Below, piece by piece: positions 28,822-37,263 of a stretch of DNA of 64,000 nucleotides (positions within the stretch are counted from its first letter, which is position 1; each line of letters starts with the position of its first letter). Both the position numbers and the translations under genes were made by a program. Location of the stretch: the NCBI GenBank assembly GCA_045124255.1, contig JBGVLM010000007.1, forward strand, positions 9,382 through 73,381, in the 5' to 3' direction. The notes under the pieces were generated by a model, which saw only the letters and a program-made list of their open reading frames with translations, did not search any database and was not told where the DNA came from. This DNA is from Butyrivibrio sp. Its GTDB lineage: Bacteria; Bacillota; Clostridia; Lachnospirales; Lachnospiraceae.

Positions 28822-31212
28822 CTATATCTTAAGTTTTTTGCTCTCCTTATACGGTCTGAAAAGCATATAAAGCATAAATACTACGAGGAGTACCGCTATA
28901 ACCGTAAATACGCCAAAGCTAAGCTCTCCTGAAATGAGTCCGCCAATCTGATATACAATAAGTGAAATAATGTAAGCAAAAACTGTCTGATAGCCGATTG
29001 CAAACCAGAACCATTTTGCGCTGTTCATCTCTCTCTTGATAGCTCCCATTGCGGCAAAGCATGGTGCACAGAGAAGATTGAAAATCATGAATGTAAATGC
29101 AGCCAGCTTAGTCATCTCAGCAAAATCAAGAATACCGAATACTGCTACAACCTCTTCTTTGGCAACAAGTCCCATGATTGTTGCAACAACTGCGGATGCA
29201 TTATCAAAGCCCAAAGGTGTAAATACAACCTTAATTGCATTGCCAATTATTCCAAGAACTGAATTATTCATCTCCATATCAAGGCTGAATCCGAATTTAT
29301 CTCCAACCATACCGAAGCATGAGCCTGCCCAGATGATAATTGATGACAGAAGAATCACGGTTCCTGCCTTCTTAATGAAGGACCAGCCTCTCTCCCACAT
29401 GCTTCTAAGCACATTAACAGGAGTCGGCCAATGATATGCCGGAAGCTCCATTACGAATGGTGCAGGCTCTCCTGCAAACATCTTAGTCTTTTTCAAAATA
29501 ATACCTGAAATAATTACCGCTGCTACACCGATAAAGTATGCAACCGGAGCTAACCACCATGCACCACCAAAAAGTGCTGATGCAATAAGTGCAATAATAG
29601 GCATTTTCGCGCCACACGGAATAAATGTGGTAGTCATAATGGTCATCTTACGATCCCTGTCATTCTCAATGGTTCTTGAAGCCATTATACCCGGAACACC
29701 GCAGCCTACACCGACAAGCATCGGGATGAAGGATTTTCCTGAAAGACCGAATCTTCGGAAAATTCTGTCCATAATGAAGGCAACTCGTGCCATATAACCG
29801 CAGGATTCAAGGAATCCAAGCAAAATAAATAATACTAACATCTGTGGTACAAAACCAAGCACGGCACCCACACCGGCTACAATTCCGTCAATCACAAGGC
29901 TTTTAAGCCAATCTACACAGTTAAGTGCATCAAGTCCCTTTTCGACCAGAACAGGTACACCCGGAACCCATACGCCATATTCGGTTGTGTCAGGCACGCC
30001 CTCCGCATCCTCACCAAGTGCGGCATCATAATATTCAGAAATATCAAAGCCTTCCTCCGCAAGCACGTCTCCATAAGTTCCATACGCTTCGTCAAATGCA
30101 GCAAAATCACTATCCTCAATTGCAGTCCTCATTTCATCTGCACCTGTAACATCTGCCTCTGCTGCCGAATCAACTCTGGCTGTTAATTCATCTGTCCAAA
30201 GATTCTCCTCTGCATACTCATTCATTGCCTCTTCATAGTCAGAGGTACCAATTCCGAATAAATGAAAACCATCTCCGAATAATCCGTCATTAGTCCAGTC
30301 CGTTACCCATGTACCGACTGTTGTAACTGAAATATAATATACTAAAAACATTACAACAGCAAAAATCGGTAACGCCGCAAAACGGTTTGTTATTACTCTG
30401 TCAATTTTATCAGATATCGTCATTTTTTTCTTGACATCTCTGGTATAGAATTTACTTAGAACAGAAGAAATATATGTATATCTCTCATTAGTGATAATAC
30501 TTTCCGTATCATCATCAAATTCATCTTCAAGATTCTTAATTTCCGGCTCTACATCAGGAACCGTATTCAATTTCTCAAAAATTTTATCATCACGCTCAAG
30601 AAGCTTAATTGCAAAGAATCGCTTCTGCTCTTTTGGCACTTCACTTCCAAGCTTATTCATTACAGAACTGATTGCGCTCTCAACTGATTCATCAAATTCA
30701 TGCTTAGGCGAAATTCCTTTTCCGCTTCTTGCAATCTCCGCCGCATTCTTAATCAGTTCATCAACGCCCCTGTTTTTCAGGGCCGAAATCTCAACCACCC
30801 GGCATCCCAGTGTCTCACTTAATTTAGAAGTATCAAGCTTATCACCATTCTTCTCAACAATATCCATCATATTGACTGCAATAATTACAGGAATTCCAAG
30901 CTCCATAATCTGTGTAGTCAAATATAAGTTTCTCTCGATATTGGTTCCGTCAACAATATTAATAATCGCATCCGGTTTCTCGGTAATAAGATAATTTCTC
31001 GCAACCACCTCTTCCAGGGTATACGGTGACAGTGAATATATACCCGGCAAATCGGTAATAATTACCTCTTTATCTCCTTTTAATTTACCTTCTTTTTTCT
31101 CAACCGTAACTCCAGGCCAGTTTCCGACAAACTGATTAGAACCGGTTAATGCATTGAATAACGTTGTTTTACCGCAGTTTGGATTACCTGCTAATGCTAT
31201 TTTTACTGACAT
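28822..31212 (-). CDS. feoB: Ferrous iron transporter FeoB
   Basis: N-terminal G domain (GNPNCGKTTLFN, DLPG, NMMD) followed by a polytopic permease region. 796 aa. Confidence 0.95.
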   Translation of the reverse strand: MSVKIALAGNPNCGKTTLFNALTGSNQFVGNWPGVTVEKKEGKLKGDKEVIITDLPGIYSLSPYTLEEVVARNYLITEKPDAIINIVDGTNIERNLYLTTQIMELGIPVIIAVNMMDIVEKNGDKLDTSKLSETLGCRVVEISALKNRGVDELIKNAAEIARSGKGISPKHEFDESVESAISSVMNKLGSEVPKEQKRFFAIKLLERDDKIFEKLNTVPDVEPEIKNLEDEFDDDTESIITNERYTYISSVLSKFYTRDVKKKMTISDKIDRVITNRFAALPIFAVVMFLVYYISVTTVGTWVTDWTNDGLFGDGFHLFGIGTSDYEEAMNEYAEENLWTDELTARVDSAAEADVTGADEMRTAIEDSDFAAFDEAYGTYGDVLAEEGFDISEYYDAALGEDAEGVPDTTEYGVWVPGVPVLVEKGLDALNCVDWLKSLVIDGIVAGVGAVLGFVPQMLVLFILLGFLESCGYMARVAFIMDRIFRRFGLSGKSFIPMLVGVGCGVPGIMASRTIENDRDRKMTIMTTTFIPCGAKMPIIALIASALFGGAWWLAPVAYFIGVAAVIISGIILKKTKMFAGEPAPFVMELPAYHWPTPVNVLRSMWERGWSFIKKAGTVILLSSIIIWAGSCFGMVGDKFGFSLDMEMNNSVLGIIGNAIKVVFTPLGFDNASAVVATIMGLVAKEEVVAVFGILDFAEMTKLAAFTFMIFNLLCAPCFAAMGAIKREMNSAKWFWFAIGYQTVFAYIISLIVYQIGGLISGELSFGVFTVIAVLLVVFMLYMLFRPYKESKKLKI

Positions 31213-31241
31213 TTTTCTAACTCCTTAAAATTATATCATGT

Positions 31242-31257
31242 GTTAGTCTTGTCTAAC
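31242..31257 (-). promoter_or_regulatory. Third GTTAG-N6-CTAAC palindrome, in the feoA-feoB intergenic region next to an extended -10 (TGATATAAT)
   Basis: The plus strand reads gttagtcttgtctaac. On the minus strand it is followed by ACACATGATATAAT and the feoB RBS AAGGAG. Confidence 0.45.
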
Positions 31258-31273
31258 TCATAGACAAAAAAAA

Positions 31274-31495
31274 TTACTCCACTTCAATCATTGCTGCATC
31301 GGCTTTTCTTAATGATAATTCATAGCCCCTGACCGTGACCTCAACCGGGTCGCCAAGTGGTGCAACCTTTCTTATATAGACCTCAACACCTTTAGTAATC
31401 CCCATGTCCATTATTCTTCTTTTAACCGGACCATTCCCTGTAAGCTTAACCACCTTAACCGTCTCACCGGGCTTGGTTTCTCTTAAAGTCTTCAT
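31274..31495 (-). CDS. feoA: FeoA family protein (second copy)
   Basis: MKTLRETKPGETVKVVKLTG...RRIMDMGITKGVEVYIRKVAPLGDPVEV is the SH3-like FeoA pattern. The start at 31495 has a GGAATAGGAG RBS. The N-terminal extension in the track overlaps the upstream feoA. Confidence 0.85.
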   Translation of the reverse strand: MKTLRETKPGETVKVVKLTGNGPVKRRIMDMGITKGVEVYIRKVAPLGDPVEVTVRGYELSLRKADAAMIEVE

Positions 31496-31514
31496 ACTCC
31501 TATTCCTTTCATAA

Positions 31515-31724
31515 TTAGACCATGATTCTGGAAGCCATATCCCTGCCAATTGCAATTCTTGAATCCTTCACATTAACAATAAGATTTCCGTTAAGTTCAG
31601 AGATTACTGTAACAACTCCACCGGCAACGAAACCAAGGCTCTCAAGGAACTTACGAGTCTCTTCCTTACCACTAATCTTCTTAATAATATTTGATTCTCC
31701 TGTTCTTGCTAATGATAATGGCAT
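31515..31724 (-). CDS. feoA: FeoA family protein (first copy)
   Basis: MPLSLARTGESNIIKKISGKEETRKFLESLGFVAGGVVTVISE.. The start at 31724 has a GGAGG RBS. The track start 31775 would lie 5 nt from the -10 box, so I reject it. Confidence 0.85.
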   Translation of the reverse strand: MPLSLARTGESNIIKKISGKEETRKFLESLGFVAGGVVTVISELNGNLIVNVKDSRIAIGRDMASRIMV

Positions 31725-31779
31725 AATCAAACCTCCATTTCCCATAATCGGGCATGATATTATTTCTATTTTCAAGGTT

Positions 31780-31808
31780 AGTATACGCTAACCCTTGTTA
31801 GCTGTCAA
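31780..31808 (-). promoter_or_regulatory. feo operon promoter (TTGACA-17-TATACT) with embedded DtxR/IdeR-like palindromes
   Basis: On the minus strand: TTGACAGCTAACAAGGGTTAGCGTATACTAAC. The -35 is at 31803-31808 and the -10 at 31780-31785. It has the same architecture as 11587-11615. Confidence 0.7.
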
Positions 31809-31910
31809 TAACTTTTTGGAAAATTTTTCTTTATTTTTTAAAATTTTTTCTTTCACTCTATTTTAGCTGCCGCATATCATACAATTAAGCGAATAAACAT
31901 AAGGAAATTT

Positions 31911-32822
31911 ATGAATTTAACCAGCAATTATGTCACTCTTTCTTTAGAAACCCATCTTTTTTTTGCCAGAATCATGAAGGAGCACTCACTGTTTCTTGAA
32001 GCAGGCTTTACCTGCAAGGATGAGGAATGGATTAAACGTGCCGGGCATTTCAGACAACAGTTTGAAGCTCTTCTTTCCGATGTTGTGGGAATAAGCAACG
32101 GCAGAATAAACTGCCCCATTATTGAATCATGTGAATTAGTCACGGAATTTACTCTTGATGCTGAGAAACAGACAGAATGTCTGAGCGGTATACCTGTTAA
32201 CTCAGAAATAACCATGCAGGAGAAGCAGCTCCATTCTGAGGACTGCATGAATATAAGCCGTGAAATTGTACGAATGGTTCAGCAGCTTAACGAGCGTGCA
32301 ATCTGTCTTTTAAACGGACTGATAATATTTAAGGAAAATATTCTTAAAGAGGTTAAGTGCGGAAAGCTCTTTACCTTCAACTATCCTCTGCTTATTGAAC
32401 ATATAATAAGGGAGGCAAAATTATACCGCTCCACAATCAGCGATTTGATGAGTAATCCCCAGCGTTCATATAAATCACTTTTGGGAACCGAAGAATTCTG
32501 GAATCAGATTATGATGGAGCATGCTCTTTTTATAAGGGGACTGCTTGACCCGTCCGAAGAAGAGCTTGTTATGACGGCACAGAATTTTGCAATGGATTAC
32601 AGGAAACTTTTAAATACTGCACAGGAGCAGCACTGTCTCGCTTCATTTAACATGACTGAAAAGACATTGGAGGAAACTCTTAAATACCGTGATTTCAAAG
32701 CAGCCGGAACAAAAGGCATTCTCGGCTGTGAAATTGCTTCAATTATTATTCCTCTGCTTGCAGACCATGTGCTTCGTGAGGCCAATCATTATATAAGGAT
32801 TTTAAAATGCTGTGAAAAGTAA
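31911..32822 (+). CDS. Hypothetical helical protein with two internal repeats (DUF2935-like)
   Basis: The repeated motifs LFFARIMKEHSLFLEAGF and FWNQIMMEHALFIRGLLDP suggest a duplicated four-helix unit. The family assignment is from memory only. Confidence 0.45.
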   Translation: MNLTSNYVTLSLETHLFFARIMKEHSLFLEAGFTCKDEEWIKRAGHFRQQFEALLSDVVGISNGRINCPIIESCELVTEFTLDAEKQTECLSGIPVNSEITMQEKQLHSEDCMNISREIVRMVQQLNERAICLLNGLIIFKENILKEVKCGKLFTFNYPLLIEHIIREAKLYRSTISDLMSNPQRSYKSLLGTEEFWNQIMMEHALFIRGLLDPSEEELVMTAQNFAMDYRKLLNTAQEQHCLASFNMTEKTLEETLKYRDFKAAGTKGILGCEIASIIIPLLADHVLREANHYIRILKCCEK

Positions 32823-32828
32823 ATTAAA

Positions 32829-32896
32829 ACGGCGGCACAAAATATATGATATGCCCCTGTCTGTTTAAGGGTAATCATATTATTTTCCGCCGCCGC
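32829..32896. terminator. Long imperfect hairpin between convergent genes (probable bidirectional terminator)
   Basis: CGGCGGCACAAAATATATGAT...ATCATATTATTTTCCGCCGCCG, with GC clamps at the base. Confidence 0.5.
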
Positions 32897-32906
32897 AGTA
32901 ATGTTT

Positions 32907-33713
32907 TCAGGCTCTGAGCAGTTCTGCAGCACCCCTGTCCTGATATTCAGGATGGATAAACATATATTCCTTTTCTGAATCCTTATTAGGAATAAACAAT
33001 CCGATGACTATTTTTCCGAGAACTGCACATTTCATATTATTGTTTTCAATATTTTTTATAAAAAGTTCCCTGTATTTTTCAAGGTCAAGTTCTGAATCAA
33101 AATTATATTTTATTATCTCCATCATACTCATGCAGGATGCAAGATTTTGGCTCCCGGCATTAATTACCTCTACTCTTCTGATTCTTTTACCATGTGCGTC
33201 ATAATCCCCCCTGATGTCAAAAAGCCTGTCGAGGAACCAGTAAGGAATCATTATACCCTCCTCCTGCATTCGGAGAGCCTCCTCCTTAGATACGAAACGG
33301 ACCTGTTTTACCTCCTCCTTCTGGAGTTTAAGTTTTGAAATATCTACATCCATTTCAATTATGTAATAATCATCGAAGCCCTCGCTGAAATTCATTGTAA
33401 AACGCGGCCGTATTCCGGATAAATCAATTTTGAGCCCTAATTCCTCCAAAACTTCTCTCTCTGCTGCCTGGCTGCTGCTGTCCCCTGCAACCGCCGAGCC
33501 TCCGACAGTGATATCCCACATATTTGTCCAGCCTTTTTTGTAGGACTGCCGCTGCTGAATCAGCAGTTCCCCTTTACTGTTAAAAATACATACATGCACG
33601 GCAAGATGATAGTCACCGGACTGCATTTTGTCACCACGTCGGTGCAGACGCTCTGTCTTTACCCTGTCTTTATCATATATATCCCAAAACTCATCCGTTT
33701 TCTCTTTAATCAT
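32907..33713 (-). CDS. NUDIX hydrolase with C-terminal GNAT-like segment
   Basis: Nudix box GGSAVAGDSSSQAAEREVLEELGL. The C-terminal roughly 90 aa end with a GNAT motif-A-like IHPEYQDRGAAELL. Confidence 0.75.
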   Translation of the reverse strand: MIKEKTDEFWDIYDKDRVKTERLHRRGDKMQSGDYHLAVHVCIFNSKGELLIQQRQSYKKGWTNMWDITVGGSAVAGDSSSQAAEREVLEELGLKIDLSGIRPRFTMNFSEGFDDYYIIEMDVDISKLKLQKEEVKQVRFVSKEEALRMQEEGIMIPYWFLDRLFDIRGDYDAHGKRIRRVEVINAGSQNLASCMSMMEIIKYNFDSELDLEKYRELFIKNIENNNMKCAVLGKIVIGLFIPNKDSEKEYMFIHPEYQDRGAAELLRA

Positions 33714-33758
33714 TATACTACAACCTCCGTTTATAATTTATTCCGTCACAAGCTCCCT

Positions 33759-34607
33759 CTAACTTTTCTGATATTCATCCAGAAAACTGTGAATCTGTCC
33801 GTCCTTTTTATATGAAATCACTGCGTCAAGACAAACATTTTCAACGCTTTTAAATATATTTGCCTCAACAAAAGGATTAATCTCCTTGAGATTCTTAATA
33901 AGGTTCTTAACCTCCATTCTTTTGGATGCACTGCTTCCGTCTTCTTCACAGGAGGTACAGTTCTCGGTAAAACGGCATGCACACTGAATAAATTCAAGCT
34001 TATTATAATCGCGCCACTCTTTAATTGCTTCCTCCCTGATTAAATACATGGGGCGTATCAGTTCCATTCCCTCAAAATTAGTGCTGTGAAGCTTCGGCAT
34101 CATTGTCTGCACCTGTGCACCGTAAAGCATTCCCATCAGAATAGTCTCTATAACATCATCATAGTGATGACCAAGTGCTATTTTGTTGCAGCCAAGCTCC
34201 TTCGCCTTACTGTACAGATAACCCCTTCTCATCCTCGCACATAAATAGCATGGCGATTTCTCAATCGTATAAACTGCATCAAAAATATCGGATTCAAAAA
34301 TCGTAACCGGAACTCCCAGAACCTTTGCATTATATTCTATCTGTCTGCGGTTGGCAGGATTATATCCCGGGTCCATAACAAGAAAAACCAGTTCAAAATG
34401 ATATTTATTATGTCTCTTAAGCTCCTGAAAAAGTTTGGCAAGCAGCATTGAATCCTTACCACCGGAAATGCACACGCAAACCCTGTCATTTTCCTGCAAA
34501 AGCTCATACCTGTTAATCGCCTTGGCAAATGGAGTAAATAAATCCTTGTGAAATTTTTTTCTAATGCTCAATTCAATTTCTTCTGCCCTGCAAATATTTT
34601 CTTCCAT
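33759..34607 (-). CDS. TtcA-family tRNA 2-thiocytidine biosynthesis protein (PP-loop ATPase)
   Basis: PP-loop SGGKDS, and Cys motifs PCYLCARMRRG and CRFTENCTSC. Confidence 0.8.
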   Translation of the reverse strand: MEENICRAEEIELSIRKKFHKDLFTPFAKAINRYELLQENDRVCVCISGGKDSMLLAKLFQELKRHNKYHFELVFLVMDPGYNPANRRQIEYNAKVLGVPVTIFESDIFDAVYTIEKSPCYLCARMRRGYLYSKAKELGCNKIALGHHYDDVIETILMGMLYGAQVQTMMPKLHSTNFEGMELIRPMYLIREEAIKEWRDYNKLEFIQCACRFTENCTSCEEDGSSASKRMEVKNLIKNLKEINPFVEANIFKSVENVCLDAVISYKKDGQIHSFLDEYQKS

Positions 34608-34752
34608 ATAATTCCTCCTGCTGCCTAAAATATAATCAGATTGATTTTATCATAATAAAATATAATTGTATATTTCTTAATTAAAAAAATACTTGTATTT
34701 ATGGTGCCGGCAGTTTTAATATTATAGTAGATTTATTTTGGAGGTTATTAAC

Positions 34753-35568
34753 ATGATAATTGATACTCACGTTCATGTTGGTGGTGAAAAAGTCGGTTTT
34801 AAAATGACCGAAGAAATGATAGAGGAGATGATGTCCAAATATGGAATTGACCATATTATGGTATCTAATGGCGACGCGGTTGAGGTAGACCATGAACAGA
34901 AACCTATTCCGGAAGAATATCAGACCTCGCAGGAGGATTCCCTGAAACGTACCATTGATTTTGCCAAAAAGCACAGGGGCAGAATTTTCGTTGCAGCATG
35001 GGTTAAACCCTATGGTGAAGCTGTTACCGGTGAATTGGAGACATTAATAAGAGACAATCCTGATATTATAAAAGCAATCAAATTACATCCCTTCCATTCC
35101 AATACAAGTCCTGTTGACGCAAGGACAATACCTTATCTTGAGCTTGCCAAAAAATATGGGCTTGCAGTTGTATCACACACCGGCAGCAGTGAAACAGATG
35201 ACCCCGTACATCTGTACGAGGCGGCACAAATGTTTCCGACAGTTCCGTTTATTATGGCACATATGGGACTTGGCACTGATAATTCAAAAGCACTTGATTT
35301 ACTTGGTAAAGCAGATAACCTCTATGGTGATACTGCATGGGTTCCGATGAGTACCACAATAGAGGCTGTTAAAAGATATGGCAGCGGCAAAATGTTATTT
35401 GGCTCCGACGCTCCTATTGACGGAGTTGACACATATCTGTGCAATCCTTATGGCGAGCGTTCAATTTATCAGGATTATTTTCATGTTCTTCCTGATTTGA
35501 TTGATGAAGAAGCCTATAAGGATTTGATGTACCGCAATGCCATTAAAATTCTTAAGTTTGATATATAA
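34753..35568 (+). CDS. Amidohydrolase-family metal-dependent hydrolase (TIM barrel, Amidohydro_2-like)
   Basis: IIDTHVHVGG at the N-terminus, then later HTG and MAHMG, and a terminal FGSDAP motif. ATG 34753 with a GGAGG RBS. Confidence 0.75.
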   Translation: MIIDTHVHVGGEKVGFKMTEEMIEEMMSKYGIDHIMVSNGDAVEVDHEQKPIPEEYQTSQEDSLKRTIDFAKKHRGRIFVAAWVKPYGEAVTGELETLIRDNPDIIKAIKLHPFHSNTSPVDARTIPYLELAKKYGLAVVSHTGSSETDDPVHLYEAAQMFPTVPFIMAHMGLGTDNSKALDLLGKADNLYGDTAWVPMSTTIEAVKRYGSGKMLFGSDAPIDGVDTYLCNPYGERSIYQDYFHVLPDLIDEEAYKDLMYRNAIKILKFDI

Positions 35569-35569
35569 A

Positions 35570-36187
35570 TTACTGAACCTTTTCAAAATCTGATGCAGGG
35601 TGCTTACAAAGCGGACATATGAAATCCTCAGGAAGTTCTTCTCCCTCATATTCATAACCGCATATACTGCATCTCCATTTTGTGGTTTCTGATTTTTCAT
35701 CAGCCTTCTGCGGCTGTGGTTTAATATTACTGTGATAATAGCCATAGGTTGCAGAAGGTGTTTTGTCCGTAACCTCCATATCCGTTATTCTCGCAACGAA
35801 CATTGAATGTGTTCCGACATCCACAATCTGTTCCACCTCTGCCAGAATATAAGCATTGCTTCCTCCGGTAATATAAGGAATTCCATTGTCTGCAACAGCA
35901 TAATTCTCATATTCCTCAAATTTATCGACATCTCTTCCTGACTGAAATCCGAATCTTTTGAACAATTCAAAATCCGCAGCCTCACTTATTATTGAGACAT
36001 TAAATCTGCCTGTTTTGGCAATCAGTTCATTGGTATAATTGGATTTATTAACTGCCACGACAATTCTTTCAGGGTCGGACGTTACCTGAATTGCGGTATT
36101 AACAATGCAACCGTTAAATTTATCATTATCCTTAACAGTTACAACAAATAATCCGTATGTTAAATTAAATAATGCTTTTGAATTCAT
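35570..36187 (-). CDS. Flavin reductase-like domain protein fused to rubredoxin
   Basis: The N-terminal flavin reductase fold (LTYGLFVVTVKD..NGCIVNTAIQVTS) is followed by a C-terminal rubredoxin knuckle pair, WRCSICGYEY...FICPLCKH. Confidence 0.8.
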   Translation of the reverse strand: MNSKALFNLTYGLFVVTVKDNDKFNGCIVNTAIQVTSDPERIVVAVNKSNYTNELIAKTGRFNVSIISEAADFELFKRFGFQSGRDVDKFEEYENYAVADNGIPYITGGSNAYILAEVEQIVDVGTHSMFVARITDMEVTDKTPSATYGYYHSNIKPQPQKADEKSETTKWRCSICGYEYEGEELPEDFICPLCKHPASDFEKVQ

Positions 36188-36225
36188 AGCACACCTCCAT
36201 TGATATAATATGTTTTTTTGAATTA

Positions 36226-37098
36226 TTAATTCTTTTTTCTGAATAATTTCTCACGTTCTATCGCATTATGCGGACAGCTTTTAATACATTCACCGCATCT
36301 TATGCATTCAAAACTGTTAGGCTTCTCATATACCTTAATGTCCATTTTGCAGGTTTGCTGACAGATTCCGCATTCTGTACATTTGTCCTTATCCACCTTA
36401 TATCTGTAAAAAGCAATTGGATTGAACAGGCTGTAAACCGCACCAAGCGGACATATGTATTTACAGAACGGTCTGTATACAATTAATGACAGAATGACAA
36501 TAAGTATAAGTATTGCAAGCTTCACATAGAACAGCACTCCGGTAAAAGCCTGAAGCTGCTCATTCGTAATAAGCAGAGGAATTCCGCCCATTAAGGTTCC
36601 GCTCGGACAGATATATTTGCAGAACCACGGCTTACCCATTCCAAACATGTCCACCGCAAACATAGGCAGCAATATTACAAAAAGAATAAAAATCAGATAT
36701 TTAAGCCACACCAGTACTTTATGTCCCGGCAGGTTCTTAAATTTCTTAAAAAACGGAATTTTGTACAGCAAATCCTGCACAAGTCCGAAGGGACACAAAA
36801 AACCACATACAAATCTTCCGAGCAGGGAGCCAAAAAACATAAGAAATGCCGCAATATAAAATGTAAACTTAAAATTCCCTTCGGCTAAAACCGCCTGTAT
36901 CGAACCAATCGGACAGGAGCCTAATGCACCCGGGCAGGAATAACAGTTAAGTCCCGGAACACAGTATTTTTTCAAATTACCTTTATATATTTTGCCCTCA
37001 ATAAAACCCATCAGATAACCATTGGTAAGAGCAGTAAAAAGTATCTGAATAATATGTCGCTTGTTCTTTTTGATTACAGATTCTTTTGTTTTCTTCAT
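36226..37098 (-). CDS. Membrane-bound 4Fe-4S polyferredoxin (NapH/MauN-like)
   Basis: Several TM helices; outward CxxCP motifs (NCYSCPGALGSCP, CKYICPSG, CKYICPLG); C-terminal 2x[4Fe-4S] motifs CTECGICQQTC and CIRCGECIKSCP. Confidence 0.8.
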   Translation of the reverse strand: MKKTKESVIKKNKRHIIQILFTALTNGYLMGFIEGKIYKGNLKKYCVPGLNCYSCPGALGSCPIGSIQAVLAEGNFKFTFYIAAFLMFFGSLLGRFVCGFLCPFGLVQDLLYKIPFFKKFKNLPGHKVLVWLKYLIFILFVILLPMFAVDMFGMGKPWFCKYICPSGTLMGGIPLLITNEQLQAFTGVLFYVKLAILILIVILSLIVYRPFCKYICPLGAVYSLFNPIAFYRYKVDKDKCTECGICQQTCKMDIKVYEKPNSFECIRCGECIKSCPHNAIEREKLFRKKN

Positions 37099-37101
37099 AT
37101 T

Positions 37102-37257
37102 CTATCCGATTCCTATACATTCAAGGCAGATAAAAATTGCCTTCATTAAAGTAATTTCCTGTTCTCCCCTGTTCATTCCGATTATGAAAAAACAGACCGC
37201 CGCTGCCAGCAGAAGCATTCTCAAAACAGGCGTTATATATTTCTTAAAGTTTCTCAT
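37102..37257 (-). CDS. Small CXXC-motif membrane protein (51 aa; CD1871A-like)
   Basis: Not in the ORF track. My translation is MRNFKKYITPVLRMLLLAAAVCFFIIGMNRGEQEITLMKAIFICLECIGIG. It has one TM helix plus C-terminal CLEC, and sits between the TlpA-like and polyferredoxin genes. Confidence 0.6.
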   Translation of the reverse strand: MRNFKKYITPVLRMLLLAAAVCFFIIGMNRGEQEITLMKAIFICLECIGIG

Positions 37258-37263
37258 AAGCTT

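Noticed and set aside
31725-31775. N-terminal extensions of both feoA ORFs as given in the track (31775 and 31555 starts)
   Set aside because: The extended start at 31775 lies 5 nt from the -10 box. Both internal ATGs (31724, 31495) have good RBS sequences and give typical FeoA lengths of about 70 aa.
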